Assembly (NCBI RefSeq): GCF_000372725.1
Contig: NW_005201327.1
Coordinates: 364,745 to 400,354 of the forward strand
Reading direction: 5' to 3'
DNA from: Emiliania huxleyi CCMP1516
Taxonomy: Eukaryota
Length of the DNA stretch: 35,610 nucleotides
The notes under the pieces: model-generated
What the model was told of the DNA's origin: nothing
The model's database searches: none
Seen by the model: only the letters and a program-made list of their open reading frames with translations
Program-made: the position numbers and the translations under genes
Shown here: positions 1 through 10,574 of the stretch, one piece after another
Layout: the number at the start of each line of letters is the position of its first letter
Position numbering within the stretch: position 1 is the stretch's first letter

Positions 1-107
1 TCCGCGCCAGTCCGCGCCCTAGACGGCCAGCTTGGCTGGAGAGAGGCTTGTGATATAAGAATTCTTAAGAACTACGCGTTCTTAAGACGCTGAGTCGATA
101 TTCTTCG

Positions 108-1256
108 TCACACGGAATGGGCGAGGTCTGCGCAGAGCCAGAGGCCCATCACGCGCCGCTCGCGCCTGCTACCGTCGTGGCCAATTCGCAGCAGTGGCGG
201 AGGTAGCCCAAACGGACCTGCCTCGAGGTTCCAGCTCGCGTAGGACGAGAACCCCTTTCCCGGGCGGTACTTCCGTGCGGCGCGTGTGTTGCTGCCACGA
301 GGGAAGTAGGTGATGAGCGCGTACCGGCAGCCCGACGCCGCGATACGTCGCAGCACCATAGCAGCCCGCTCAGCCGAAAAGTGAAACAGTAAGTCGCGTA
401 CCACCACAAGGTCTGCAGGCCACAAGTATTCGAGAGCGAGGTCGAATCGGCCAAAGGAGATTCGGTGGGGCGAGGGGCCATTCGGCCGTTCGCTTGGTGT
501 GCCAAACGTGGCTTGTAGCTCCGCCACCAACGACGAGACGATATCCAAGCCCTGATATACGATGCCAGGCGGGGTGGCGGCGGCGCTCAAAACCTCACGC
601 ATATAATTGAAATCGCCACAGGGCACATCCAGGACCGTGCGCACACGCATGAGGGAGAGGAGGACAGGCAGAACCGTGCGCACGCCAGCTGTCTCCTCAG
701 CGTTGCTGCCTGGCCCACTCAGCGAGGTCCCGCGCGACTGTCGGCTCTCGGTCGGGCTGGCGAGCGTCTTGCCGGCGAAGGTCAGGTTGCTGTAGTAGCC
801 TGAATACACCCGCTCCGAGAAATGCGGGTCAGATCCTCCCGTTGCGCCATTTTCAAACGAGCAGTTGCGCAAGCCCCAGCCCGGAGCACAGCGGCAGCGG
901 CCACGTCTGCACCGGCCGCGCGGCGCGTTGCAATCCTGGTCCGACGCACAGTAGTGCTGCTGGAGACTCGGAGCGATCAGATCCTGTAGGGTCTTCGGGC
1001 AGCTGGGGCAGCCTGACGTGAGCACAGTACTGCAGCCACAAATGGAGGAGGGCTCGCAGCTGCCGGGTTCCGAGGCTACAGCTGGGCATGGGGCCTCCGA
1101 CGTGCAGGGTGGAGCCGCATTCGAGCCTGCTTTGAGAATCGTGGCAGCAACTTCGCACAGCGTCGCCTGCGCTTGCAAAGAGCCGGTGGCTCTCGCGGCC
1201 GTTTCCAGGCGCTGCAGCGACTGAGCTAGCACGAGCAGGTGAAACATGGTGCTCAT
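108..1256 (-). CDS. EGF-like domain + class I SAM-dependent methyltransferase-like protein (intronless, 382 aa)
   Basis: Uninterrupted ATG-to-TGA ORF. Cys-rich N-half with EGF-like pattern CASDQDCNAPRGRCRRGRCRCAPGWGLRNC. C-half has SGPGS, motif-I-like VLDVPCGD, YQGLDIV, ADLVVVRDLLFHF and NLEAGPFGLPPP, as in Rossmann-fold methyltransferases. Confidence 0.75.
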   Translation of the reverse strand: MSTMFHLLVLAQSLQRLETAARATGSLQAQATLCEVAATILKAGSNAAPPCTSEAPCPAVASEPGSCEPSSICGCSTVLTSGCPSCPKTLQDLIAPSLQQHYCASDQDCNAPRGRCRRGRCRCAPGWGLRNCSFENGATGGSDPHFSERVYSGYYSNLTFAGKTLASPTESRQSRGTSLSGPGSNAEETAGVRTVLPVLLSLMRVRTVLDVPCGDFNYMREVLSAAATPPGIVYQGLDIVSSLVAELQATFGTPSERPNGPSPHRISFGRFDLALEYLWPADLVVVRDLLFHFSAERAAMVLRRIAASGCRYALITYFPRGSNTRAARKYRPGKGFSSYASWNLEAGPFGLPPPLLRIGHDGSRRERRVMGLWLCADLAHSV

Positions 1257-2333
1257 CGGGGCGGGCGGGCGGCGGGCACCTACAGTGGGTTGCGGGCATT
1301 AAGAAAACAGGATTGCGCGGCACGCCGCCGTTTCTAAGCCTTTCCACACCCCTCACCCACCCCACGCCGTGGTTTCTTAGCTCCCGCAAACAAAGGTAGG
1401 TCAAAGGTCAGAGCCGGCCCCCTCGTCGGAAGAGGTGAGCTGCGGTCCCGGACGGATCCGATGCCGCCAGCCAGTCTGCCACCGACTCAAGACGCACACG
1501 CATCCATCCACTCGCTCAAAACACCGCAGAGGACTTGTAAAATGCCAAGTGCGCGCGCCGCGCAGGCGAAGAGAAATTTTGAGCTCGGAGCTCCTGTTCA
1601 CACTCGTGTCTGGCCTTTTCTCGGAGCCGCGCCTGCGGCGCGCCGTGGTTTCTTAGATTTTTGCGGAAATCGCCCGGCGTGGTTTCTTAAGGTGGCAATT
1701 CGGGTTCTGTGAAGAGGGTCGCTCGTCGATGCGAGCCAGTTCGCTCGCGACGCCGACGCCGACGCCGCCGCCGGAACGACCGCGGCGGCCGGTCGAGCGG
1801 CCGCCCCGGCCAGCGGCCGTATCGAGCCTGCCCGTCGCGAAGGTGCGGACCTCATGCGCCCCACCGGCCGCCCGCGCCGCCGCGCCCACGTCGCTCTCTC
1901 GAAGCCGAGCGCCACGCCGCTACGACTCCCATCGCGACGACTCCCGTGCTCGCTCCTGGCACAGGCGATCGACTCCTGACACCCATCGAGCGGATGGGCG
2001 CGTTCCCGCCGCGACCCGGTACTCTCGAACGACTTTTGAGGGCAAAAGGTGCCGCCCGAGCCCATTCCCGCCGCCCGCCGCCCGAGATCAGCTGCCACCG
2101 GCCAGCGCGCGCGCGGAGACCTGCCGCGAGCGCCTCCGTGGCCCTAGCTGGGGTGATTAGCAAGCGCCTCGGCACTTTAGATTCGCCCCTCGGGCTTTTC
2201 CGCGCGCGTGATCAGTCTCGCGTTCTCTACTTTTTCAGGCGCCTGTTTTCGGCCTCTGAAGAGCAACCGTCGAGGCGTCGATGCTCGCCTCCGCGCCAGA
2301 CCTCCGCGATTGGGGCGCCTTGTCGACGGGATC

Positions 2334-2502
2334 AATTGTGATTCCGGGCGTATTTTTCTGACACTTTACTCGCACGTCGGCGACTCTTAGTCGCTTCTCC
2401 GTGCTAGGAGGCCTCTGTTTTGTGTCCGTGAGGACTAGATCGAAACTAACATTTCGGCATATGCGAGTAAAGTATCAGAAAAATGCGCGTTCGTTCACAA
2501 TT
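2334..2502. repeat. Short inverted-repeat (MITE-like) element
   Basis: 27-bp arms 2348-2374 and 2462-2488 are reverse complements with 2 mismatches. Outer AATTGTGA (2334-2341) pairs with TCACAATT (2495-2502). Confidence 0.6.
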
Positions 2503-3204
2503 CATGTGTATATGAACGGTGCCGACGGGTTTGGCGAGCATCGAAGCCGTCCAGGCGCAGCAACGCGACGGTTTCGGAGGCCGACGGCTCCGAAAGAGCC
2601 TCCCGAGCGAGGCCGGCGCGGTCACGGTACCGTGGAGGCCACAGACGTCGCCGGAGCGGCACTCCCGGGGCGCCACTCCCTCACCCGGTCAGGGGGGGGC
2701 AACCACAGCCCGCCTCACCGTCCGTGGAGCTTCCGTGGTCCGCCGCTCCGGCTTCGATTTTCGACCCTCCCGAGGCTGCTAGAGCAGCCCCGCGGAGCCT
2801 CCCGGATGCACCGGCACACCGTCGTCCAGAACGCCGGCGCACGCGCTGCCCAGTGACTGGGCGGGTCGGCCCCGACTAGGGGCGGGCCCAGCCGCGCGGA
2901 GAAGGCCAGCGAGCTCGAAACACGTCGCCGCGGCCGGCCGTTTCGCAAGCCTGAGCGGGTCGCCAGACACCCGCGAGAGCCAGCAGCTAGAGCGCCGTCG
3001 TAGCCGCAGATCGAGTCGAGGAGCTTGATGTCCACGGTAGCAGTTGTGGAGAGCGGTGGCACGGTGCGTGTAGACGCGTCAATTGAGGGCTCCCTTTCGA
3101 AACGCGACGGGTACGGCATGACAACTGCCAGTACAGTTTTACGCCGGCCAGCGTGAGAGCACAACAGGGAGCCGGCGACCCGTACGCTTTGCGCGTGGCG
3201 ACTG

Positions 3205-5070
3205 GTGGCTGTCTGGAGCTCGTGTGAGCTGGGCCGACGCGTGGCCGAGCCGAGAGGACCAGCGAGCGACCACGTTGGCGATGAAGCTTGGCGGCCGGCG
3301 CCTCGTCGCCAGACGTCACAGCGGCGTGGACGTAGGAGTGTGCGGCGACGGTTACCGGCAAATCCGGCCCAGTGTGGCCGGCAGCTGCCTAGCGCTGGCC
3401 TGTGGCCGGCGCCGCGGTGGCGGAGAAGGCGTCTCGCCGCCGTGGCGGCGGTCGGCAGGTGCGAGCGTGATGCCATCTTGCGAGACGACACCCGTCTCGC
3501 AAAACCCGGACTCCCACCTCAAGCCCGCGAGACCACTCGGCACCTAGCCCTCGAATGCCCTTACACAGGCTTGGTCCATGAGGCCGCCCTCCGCACGGTT
3601 CTGGAAGTCACAACGCTAGACGAGGCGGTGCGTGAAGAGACACGGCGTTCGCGATGGCAACAACTCGCACACGAACACCGCCGACTCTGCATAACCGGGT
3701 TTCGGCTTACTACGAGCAGAGGACAGATGGCAGAGGGGCGCATTGGGGCAACGCCGACACGCGTGATGATGCTGGAGACGCTGGCGGGCATCGTGCGGCG
3801 GCGGCACTACAACGCGAACCTTGCACACGACGCGACGCCGGACGCCCGAGTCGACTCCATCTTCAAGGACGCTAGGGCGGCACTTGTCCGCCAATTTTAC
3901 TACACGGCAAAGAGAGCACAGCAAACCGAGAGGGAAATACGCCTTCGCATACCCGGATGGCAGCCCTCGCCCGGGGAAGGACCAGTAGCAGAGTGGGAGA
4001 GGGATTGGCTCGCCTCCGGCTTCTTTTCTGACGACGGCCAATGCGCGCTTCCGGAGAGGATTCAGCTTGCCCGCGACATTGCTGCGAATGATTGCACAAG
4101 CAACACGATGGCACTACTCAGCGTCGAGCCTTGTGATAGGGGCGGTGCTTGCCGTGTTAAAGTGCGGCTGATGGTGGAGGCGCCAGGGGTTATACTTCGA
4201 CCCTGTCGATGGGACGGCACCACGCCCCCACAGCAGCAACCACCCGACTGGACGGCGTACACTGATGGGTCGGAAGACGGAGGCAGGGCAGGATGGGCGT
4301 ACGCCGTAGTCATGGGCGGGGACGGCATATGCGACGTGAATGCCATGCTCGTGACCGAAGGCTACGGCCCCGTCGTGACTAGCCCCGTACACGCCGCTTT
4401 CGTGGGGGCGCGGAAACACACCAATAACACGGCGGAGCTGTCAGCGCTTGCGGAGCTTTTTCGCTCACTACTCCACACGGCACCACGACCAGCAGGCTCA
4501 CGAGGGGTGGTCCGAACGGACAGCGAGTACGCGATGGCGTGTGCAACGGGGAGAATCTCGCCGGGGGAGAACGCACAACTAGCGAGCTACCTTCGAGCAG
4601 CGTGGCGGCATTTAGCGTCGAGGCACGAAGTGACATGGAGACACGTCAAGGGGCACAGTGGTCATAAGTGGAACGACTACGTCGATAAGCAAGCTGACCT
4701 CGGCAGGAGCGGCGCGAGGTATTGCGGCGCACCGGAGTGGCAAGACGAGTCGATCCCAACAGACGCAGACGACGGTGAGAGCAGCACCGTGGGCGACGAC
4801 GTGGTTATTAACGGAGGTGGTACAACCATCCCACTCGACGACATCGGTGATGGGGCCTCTAGCTACGCCGATGACCCACCCGACTCCCCCGAAAACAGAC
4901 CGCCGCCTGGCGCCCCGCCCTCGCCGCCTAAAGCCCCATGCGGCGCTCCGCCTCCTCTCGAACCGCCGGGCTCGCGGTCTCACGCCGCATTGCCGAGCGC
5001 ACCTTCATGGCCCGGCGGAGCAGGGTCACCACGTGCGCGTCCTCCTCAACCGTTGCCGGCATCAGTGTGA
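3205..5070 (+). mobile_element. 5'-truncated non-LTR retrotransposon-like ORF: zinc-knuckle remnant + RNase H domain + acidic/Pro-rich tail
   Basis: ETTRHLALECP (3529-3561) resembles the ETxxHLxxxCP half of the zinc knuckle C-terminal to LINE reverse transcriptases. RNase H catalytic motifs are intact: YTDGS, TNNTAEL, RTDSEY, WRHVKGHSGHKWNDYVD. Intronless; no RT domain visible; in-frame TGA at 3154; first in-frame ATG at 3727. Confidence 0.7.
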
Positions 5071-5163
5071 GCTCGAGCGTGGCAAGCGCCTCGTCCCTCG
5101 CGGTGTTGCCGTTCTTGACGGAGTCGCTTAGGCGGCTCCGGTGGTGTGCCGGTGATAGTGCTA

Positions 5164-5226
5164 GCACGCGCCAGTTCGCACCTGTGTCGAGCCTGTCTGC
5201 TGTGAGAGAGAGTTCTTTTGTTTAAA
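5164..5226 (+). repeat. 63-bp dispersed direct repeat, copy 1
   Basis: GCACGCGCCAGTTCGCACCTGTGTCGAGCCTG...GTTTAAA matches 12416-12478 with 2 mismatches. Confidence 0.9.
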
Positions 5227-5896
5227 CTCTTCTTAGAGAATTTCCTCGACCTACAATTCACGCGATAGGCGAGGCGCCCGAGTACTACTCGGGCGCGGTA
5301 TATATTTTCTTTTTTGGGCCTGTCTCTCAGTATCTCTGCTCTCCAGGCTTCTGTCGCAAAGAGCTGCATGCCACCGAAGGCGCTGTCGAGGTTCGCCGAG
5401 CGCGGCGCAGGTTGGTTGGGGGAAGCCCGAAGCCGCCACCGACGATTGGACTTTTCACTCCGGACAAAGACGGGCGCACGCACACGAGCTGCGGTCGTGC
5501 GCCCGTCATAGCGGCGAGGCGCGGACCGTCTGTGGCGAAGTGGGTCGCGTCCCCCGATTTCCGTCTCAACCCAGCATCCATACCCTTTACATCAACCTGT
5601 GTACAAGCTGTATAATACAGTTAACGTGCGTTTCGTAAACTCTCCATAAAAATACGCTTTTAGGTCTCCATCACACAGACACGACAAACACAAAACACAC
5701 AGTGTTAGATTTGTTTGGTATTGCTAAAAATCTCTCTCACACGACGACTCACGAGCAGGAGCACGCACTCGCACATACCCGACTCCCGAAATCGATCCAT
5801 TGTTCTCTCCCATAAATATCGGAGGGTTCGGCCGTGCCACTTCTAACGTAGACCTCGCCACCCATTGCCCCCCCCCCCCCCCCGCAAGCCCTGGCT

Positions 5897-6075
<179 letters not shown>

Positions 6076-6150
6076 CCACCCAGGCGTCTCTGCTGCCGGT
6101 ACGTGATAACACCGAGGACAGGCGAGGGCCGCTCTTCACGGGCGCTGCGC

Positions 6151-6891
6151 TCACACCTCCGCCCGCGCTAGTGGCCCTGACGAAGATCGTCCGGAATTCC
6201 TTGGGGAGGACATCGGCGATGGGTTGTTGGCCGCCCGCGCGCTGTCCAAGCTGGCCAGCCCTCCAGAGGTCCTTCCGAGCTCGACTCCACCGCTCGTGCT
6301 GTTGAACCCGTCGGCAAGCCTGCCATGCTGCCCGGCCCGCACCGGCCTCATCTGGCCGGGGATGCCGCGGGCGCGCGCCCCCGTCGCCGCCGAGAGCTGG
6401 AGCCCCATTTTCTCCACCATCTCGCGGGACGCTGCCGACCCTCGCTCCGGCCGGCAAGGAGACTGTGCTCCAGTGTTTCCGCCGTCATCGATCGCCCCTT
6501 GAGAGGGAGAGGCGGAGCGCGAGGCCGGCGCGGACGAGCAGGCGTTCCTCGCCTGCAGGAGCCGCGCCACCGCCCGCCGACGCCGGAGGACACTGGCCAC
6601 GCAGATGGCTGCGGTGGCCGCGACGCCGACGCCGAGCGCCACCACCATCAGCGCCAATGTGATTTTCCAGAGCTGGGACGACTCGCCGCCGGGCATGCAG
6701 GCGCCGCAAACGCTCGCAAATTCGCCGGCCACGCGCCCGCAGGCCTCAGACTCGCTCAGCAAGCCGCCTTCAGAGCTTTGTAGCCACGCGATTCGATCGC
6801 CGCAGGAGTGTTCGCCGCTGCCGGCAACATTTTCCCACGCCGAGTCGCAATTGCTGGTGCCGCAGTGAGCGCCACCGTGCCCGCTCGACAT
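6151..6891 (-). CDS. Single-pass membrane protein with small N-terminal Cys-rich module
   Basis: ATG at 6891, in frame with ORF 6151..6996. Module CGTSNCDSAW...CGDRIAWL...ACGRVAGEFASVCGAC is followed by hydrophobic ITLALMVVALGVGVAATAAICVASVL, an RRRR stop-transfer and a low-complexity tail. Confidence 0.65.
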   Translation of the reverse strand: MSSGHGGAHCGTSNCDSAWENVAGSGEHSCGDRIAWLQSSEGGLLSESEACGRVAGEFASVCGACMPGGESSQLWKITLALMVVALGVGVAATAAICVASVLRRRRAVARLLQARNACSSAPASRSASPSQGAIDDGGNTGAQSPCRPERGSAASREMVEKMGLQLSAATGARARGIPGQMRPVRAGQHGRLADGFNSTSGGVELGRTSGGLASLDSARAANNPSPMSSPRNSGRSSSGPLARAEV

Positions 6892-6906
6892 GTCACTGGG
6901 CAGTGG

Positions 6907-7495
6907 GTAGTGAGGAGAACGCCGTCCCTCACTTGAAAAGAATTTTACAACGAAAGGCGGTCGCACGACACGATTCCGAGCCTGGCTGTTCTTCACCTTA
7001 CTACCTACCTACCTACCTACGATTCACGCGACAGGTGAGGCGCGGGCGACGGCTTCCTCAGAAGCCGTCGCCCGCACCACAGGAGCAGTCACACCACTCC
7101 CTGAAAAGAATTTTACAAGCCTAGCCGGTCGCACAACACGATTCACGCGACAGGCAAGGCACGGGCGACGGCTTCCTCAGAAGCCGTCGTCCTCACCGTA
7201 GCCGTCGTCGGACCCCCAATCAGGGGGACAGTCGAATCCGCGAGCACCGTGGTGCTCGCCGAAAAGACCATCCCCATCCCACTCCCCCTCATCCCAACCC
7301 CCCCCACCCGCGCGCCTACCCCGCCGATGGCCGGTGGGGCGGGAAACCCCGCCCCACCCACCATTGCGCAGCAGGGGTTCGAGGTCCTCGCTGAGCAGCA
7401 GAAGCCGCCCAGCCCGGACCTCGTCCCTCCACCCCTCCCTCTCCCACCGGAGTAGTGAGAACGGCGTCCCTACTTGTAAGAATTTAATGCGACAC
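6907..7495. repeat. Cluster of short direct repeats and hairpins
   Basis: 7020-7070 is repeated at 7139-7189. 6907-6950 resembles 7452-7490. Perfect 15-bp stem/4-nt loop at 7042-7075. (TACC)n at about 7003-7020. Confidence 0.7.
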
Positions 7496-7564
7496 CTAAC
7501 ACAGGTTCTCTCGAGGTTCTCGAGGTGGATATCCTTTAACCTGGTTTGTGGAGCTCCCACACCT

Positions 7565-8505
7565 GTTCTGACAGAGACCTGGCCGTTCTGACAGCGTTCT
7601 GACAGCGTTCTGACAGTGTTCTGACAACGTTCTGGCAGTGTTCTGACAGCGCAAAATCCTCCCCTCTCTTCACAGCTCAGGGGCTCTGACATTCCCAGTT
7701 GCCTCTGCTCCTTCCCTCTCTCTGTCTTGAAGTCTCCCTCCCTCCGACGACCGAGCCACGGACGGACGGACGGACTCAACACACACACGCACACAGTCAC
7801 ACACAGCACATCCTCCCACAAGGTGACACTCTCACGTTGAGGCGTAGGCCCTGTTCTGACACAAACTTGGTCCCGTTCTGACACAAACTTCAACTTTCAA
7901 CTTCGAGCCAAGTCTGTTGTGACAACGAAAAAAGAAATGACGGTGCTGCCGCGAGAGGTCGGGCGCGCAGCAACGGTCGTCCGTTGTCAGGTGGCAACGC
8001 CAAGGCCGCCATGCCGCTGTATAGCAAACGTGCTCTTGCGATGGTCTGCACAGACAGCCCCGCGACGCAAACGAGCCGCGGTCCGCGGTCCCGGGGGCAG
8101 CCGGTTCGACGCAGCACAATGGGCAAAGCGCGAGCCCGGCGGTTCAGTCAGACTGGAAGGCTGCATCCAAGACGGCAGCCTCGGTTATTGCGCGACTGAA
8201 CGTGTCGCTTGCGCCGCCACCGCGCCGCTCAATGTGTCACACCCTGGCAATCGAAACACCCTTTCACTGCAAAACAACAGCAACAGCGAGTGACGACTTC
8301 AGCTTGGACTTGCCTGACCGGAGCGACTGCCTCGAGCTGACTGCTCTTCAGCCGATCTTGCAGATGTTCACACTTGGCCCGCTTTCGCGTGCTGGCAACG
8401 TTCTGACAGTACCCTACCCACAAAAGTGTTCTGACAGCGTTCTGACAGCGTTCTGACAGCGTTCTGACAGTGTTCTGACAGCGTTCTGACAGCCGTTCTG
8501 ACAGC
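7565..8505 (+). repeat. Two arrays of 11-bp GTTCTGACAGC-type tandem repeat (7565-7650 and 8400-8505)
   Basis: GTTCTGACA(GC/GT) iterated directly in both arrays; two further copies at about 7853-7885. Confidence 0.9.
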
Positions 8506-8693
8506 TTTCCGACGGTAATTTACAGTTAAGGCTCACCATCTGGTCTGAATAGAGGAGCGCGATGGCAGTGTCGGTTATAGCAGAAAGATTCCTTAATTCT
8601 CTCCACTACGAAAAAAGTCTGGTGGGGAACCGACATCATGGCCCCGAATGCCGTGCTCTCTAGGTAAGGTGTGGGAGCTCCACAAACCAGGTT

Positions 8694-9231
8694 CTTTGGC
8701 CGCGTTGGGTAGCGAGGATTGGTGTGACGCGATCCACGCAGGCGTGTTTTCTGGCGGCCGACCGTCAGTGCACGGAGTTGCCCCTTCTCCGACTGCCCCG
8801 GCTAGTTCACGAGACAGTTTCGCGGGAGTGACCCCATGCGTCAAACCCGAGACCTAGCGCGGGTGGGTTGGAGGGGGCTCGCCCCGTTCCTCCCCATCGG
8901 GCCGCATGAGCGGCCACGCCTCGCGAACTGGCACTAACACAGAGCGAGAAACCCCAATTTGGCTCGCCAACAACTCGTAAAAACAATCGTGATCGGTCCC
9001 GCTATGGATATGCCCAACCCACAAAATGAAGAGAAGTGTCACCCCCCAAAATTAATACGCATGGAGACAGAGGTCCTCACTGCCGAAGGTCCTCACTCCT
9101 GCTCGGCCTTAAGAAGGTCCTCACCAGCGAGATGCATCTATCTCGTAGCCACTATCGGTCGGCCGCCAGAAAACACGCCTGCGTGGATCGCGTCACCTCA
9201 CACCAATCCTCGCTACCCAACGCGGCCAAAG
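8694..9231. mobile_element. 538-bp non-autonomous TIR element (MITE-like)
   Basis: 8694-8764 is the reverse complement of 9156-9231 apart from a 5-nt indel. No convincing internal ORF. Confidence 0.7.
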
Positions 9232-10404
9232 GATATCCACCTCGAGAACCTCGAGAGTGGCCACTATCGAGCCACAATCGTCCAACAGCCGACCTGTGTC
9301 CACTCATCTGTCTGGGCGCATGCCAGCCATTTCTTGTTGCATGAACAGGGAGGATTGGGCGGCTTCATTAGAGGCTTCATATGTGTGAAGACCTCTCTCT
9401 GCTGTGGGGGGGAACCTCTGTGAGGACTTCTGTGAGGACCTAACTCGACAGCGATGCACACGGCTCGCCAAACCTCGAGTTTAACTGCATGCTGGCTGCA
9501 AGAAATACAGCTTTTTTGTAATTAATTACATCCATACAACCATGAAACTGGATCGCTTCCTCCATCGTGCACTACCGTAGTGCGGTAGAGGTGCACATTC
9601 TTCTGATGCATATAGATCCATCTCCTCCCTTCCTGCTGTGTCTCGCGCCTTGCGGCCACGCAGAGGACGGCACTCACTCTCCCCCTTCCCGTAGTATGCT
9701 AGCTAGAGGGACCGCACAGACAGCGCAGAGGGAGGGTCGGACCAGGGGTTTTGACGCCGTGTCCCGGTAGGCGTTCCCGAGCGGGGAGGTCCCTCGCTCA
9801 AGAGGTCCTCAAAGGTCCTCAGGCACCATCGGTGAGACCCCCACCGTCCCCATCCATCGTAGCGGATGGACCGAGGTTCGTTTCTGGGCGGGGCGCGAGC
9901 AGGCGGGGCGCCGTTCGATCCCTGCTGCGGTCCTCTCGAGAGGACACGAGAGGTCCTCAGCACTAACAAACAAGGCAGCGGTCCTCCTGTACGAAGCGGT
10001 CCGTTATGGGAGTAGGGCGCGCGCGGCATTGACGCGGACCCAGGTATTTCTCCGAGTATATCTAGATACCCGGGTTTTTGCAGGTATACCCGGGTTTTAC
10101 CCGGAGGGTGTGTCAACACCGTGTTAACGGCTGTGTTAACGCTTGTTTTGGGACTGCCGTTCAACTGTGTAAACACCGACCTTTGCGCCAAGTGTTGACA
10201 CGATCTGTAGTCAGAGCTGCCCCTGAGGTGTGTTAATGTTAATCCACCAGCCCTGCGGTGGCACTCTTCCACGTCTCGCTCACGCTGAGAAAAAATCTGA
10301 AACTGGGGCATGACGAACTGGTCGGACCGCTCAGCCCGACTCGCGGTTGGGTGGCGGGACGCGTCGAAAAAGAATTCAACCAGGAAATTTTACATGAAAC
10401 TTAC

Positions 10405-10470
10405 TCGCACGACACTGGTGTACCTGTGTTAGTGCCAGTGCGCGCCAGTCCCGTGCCCAGTGTCGTGCGA
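10405..10470. repeat. 66-bp mini-element with perfect 14-bp inverted ends; second copy at 32241-32295
   Basis: TCGCACGACACTGG (10405-10418) / CCAGTGTCGTGCGA (10457-10470). 10416-10470 recurs at 32241-32295 with 1 mismatch. Confidence 0.8.
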
Positions 10471-10574
10471 AAAAAGAATTTACTCGCTCAGTGCGAAGTT
10501 TCTCTCAGCTCATGTTACCCATAACGCGTTGGTGTCCCAGTCGTTGGTCGGACTGTGTTTCGCCTTCCCATCAA

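Noticed and set aside
1598..2860. Overlapping Arg/Pro/Ala-rich ORFs
   Set aside because: Expected by chance at this GC content; no motifs or coherent exon chain recognised.
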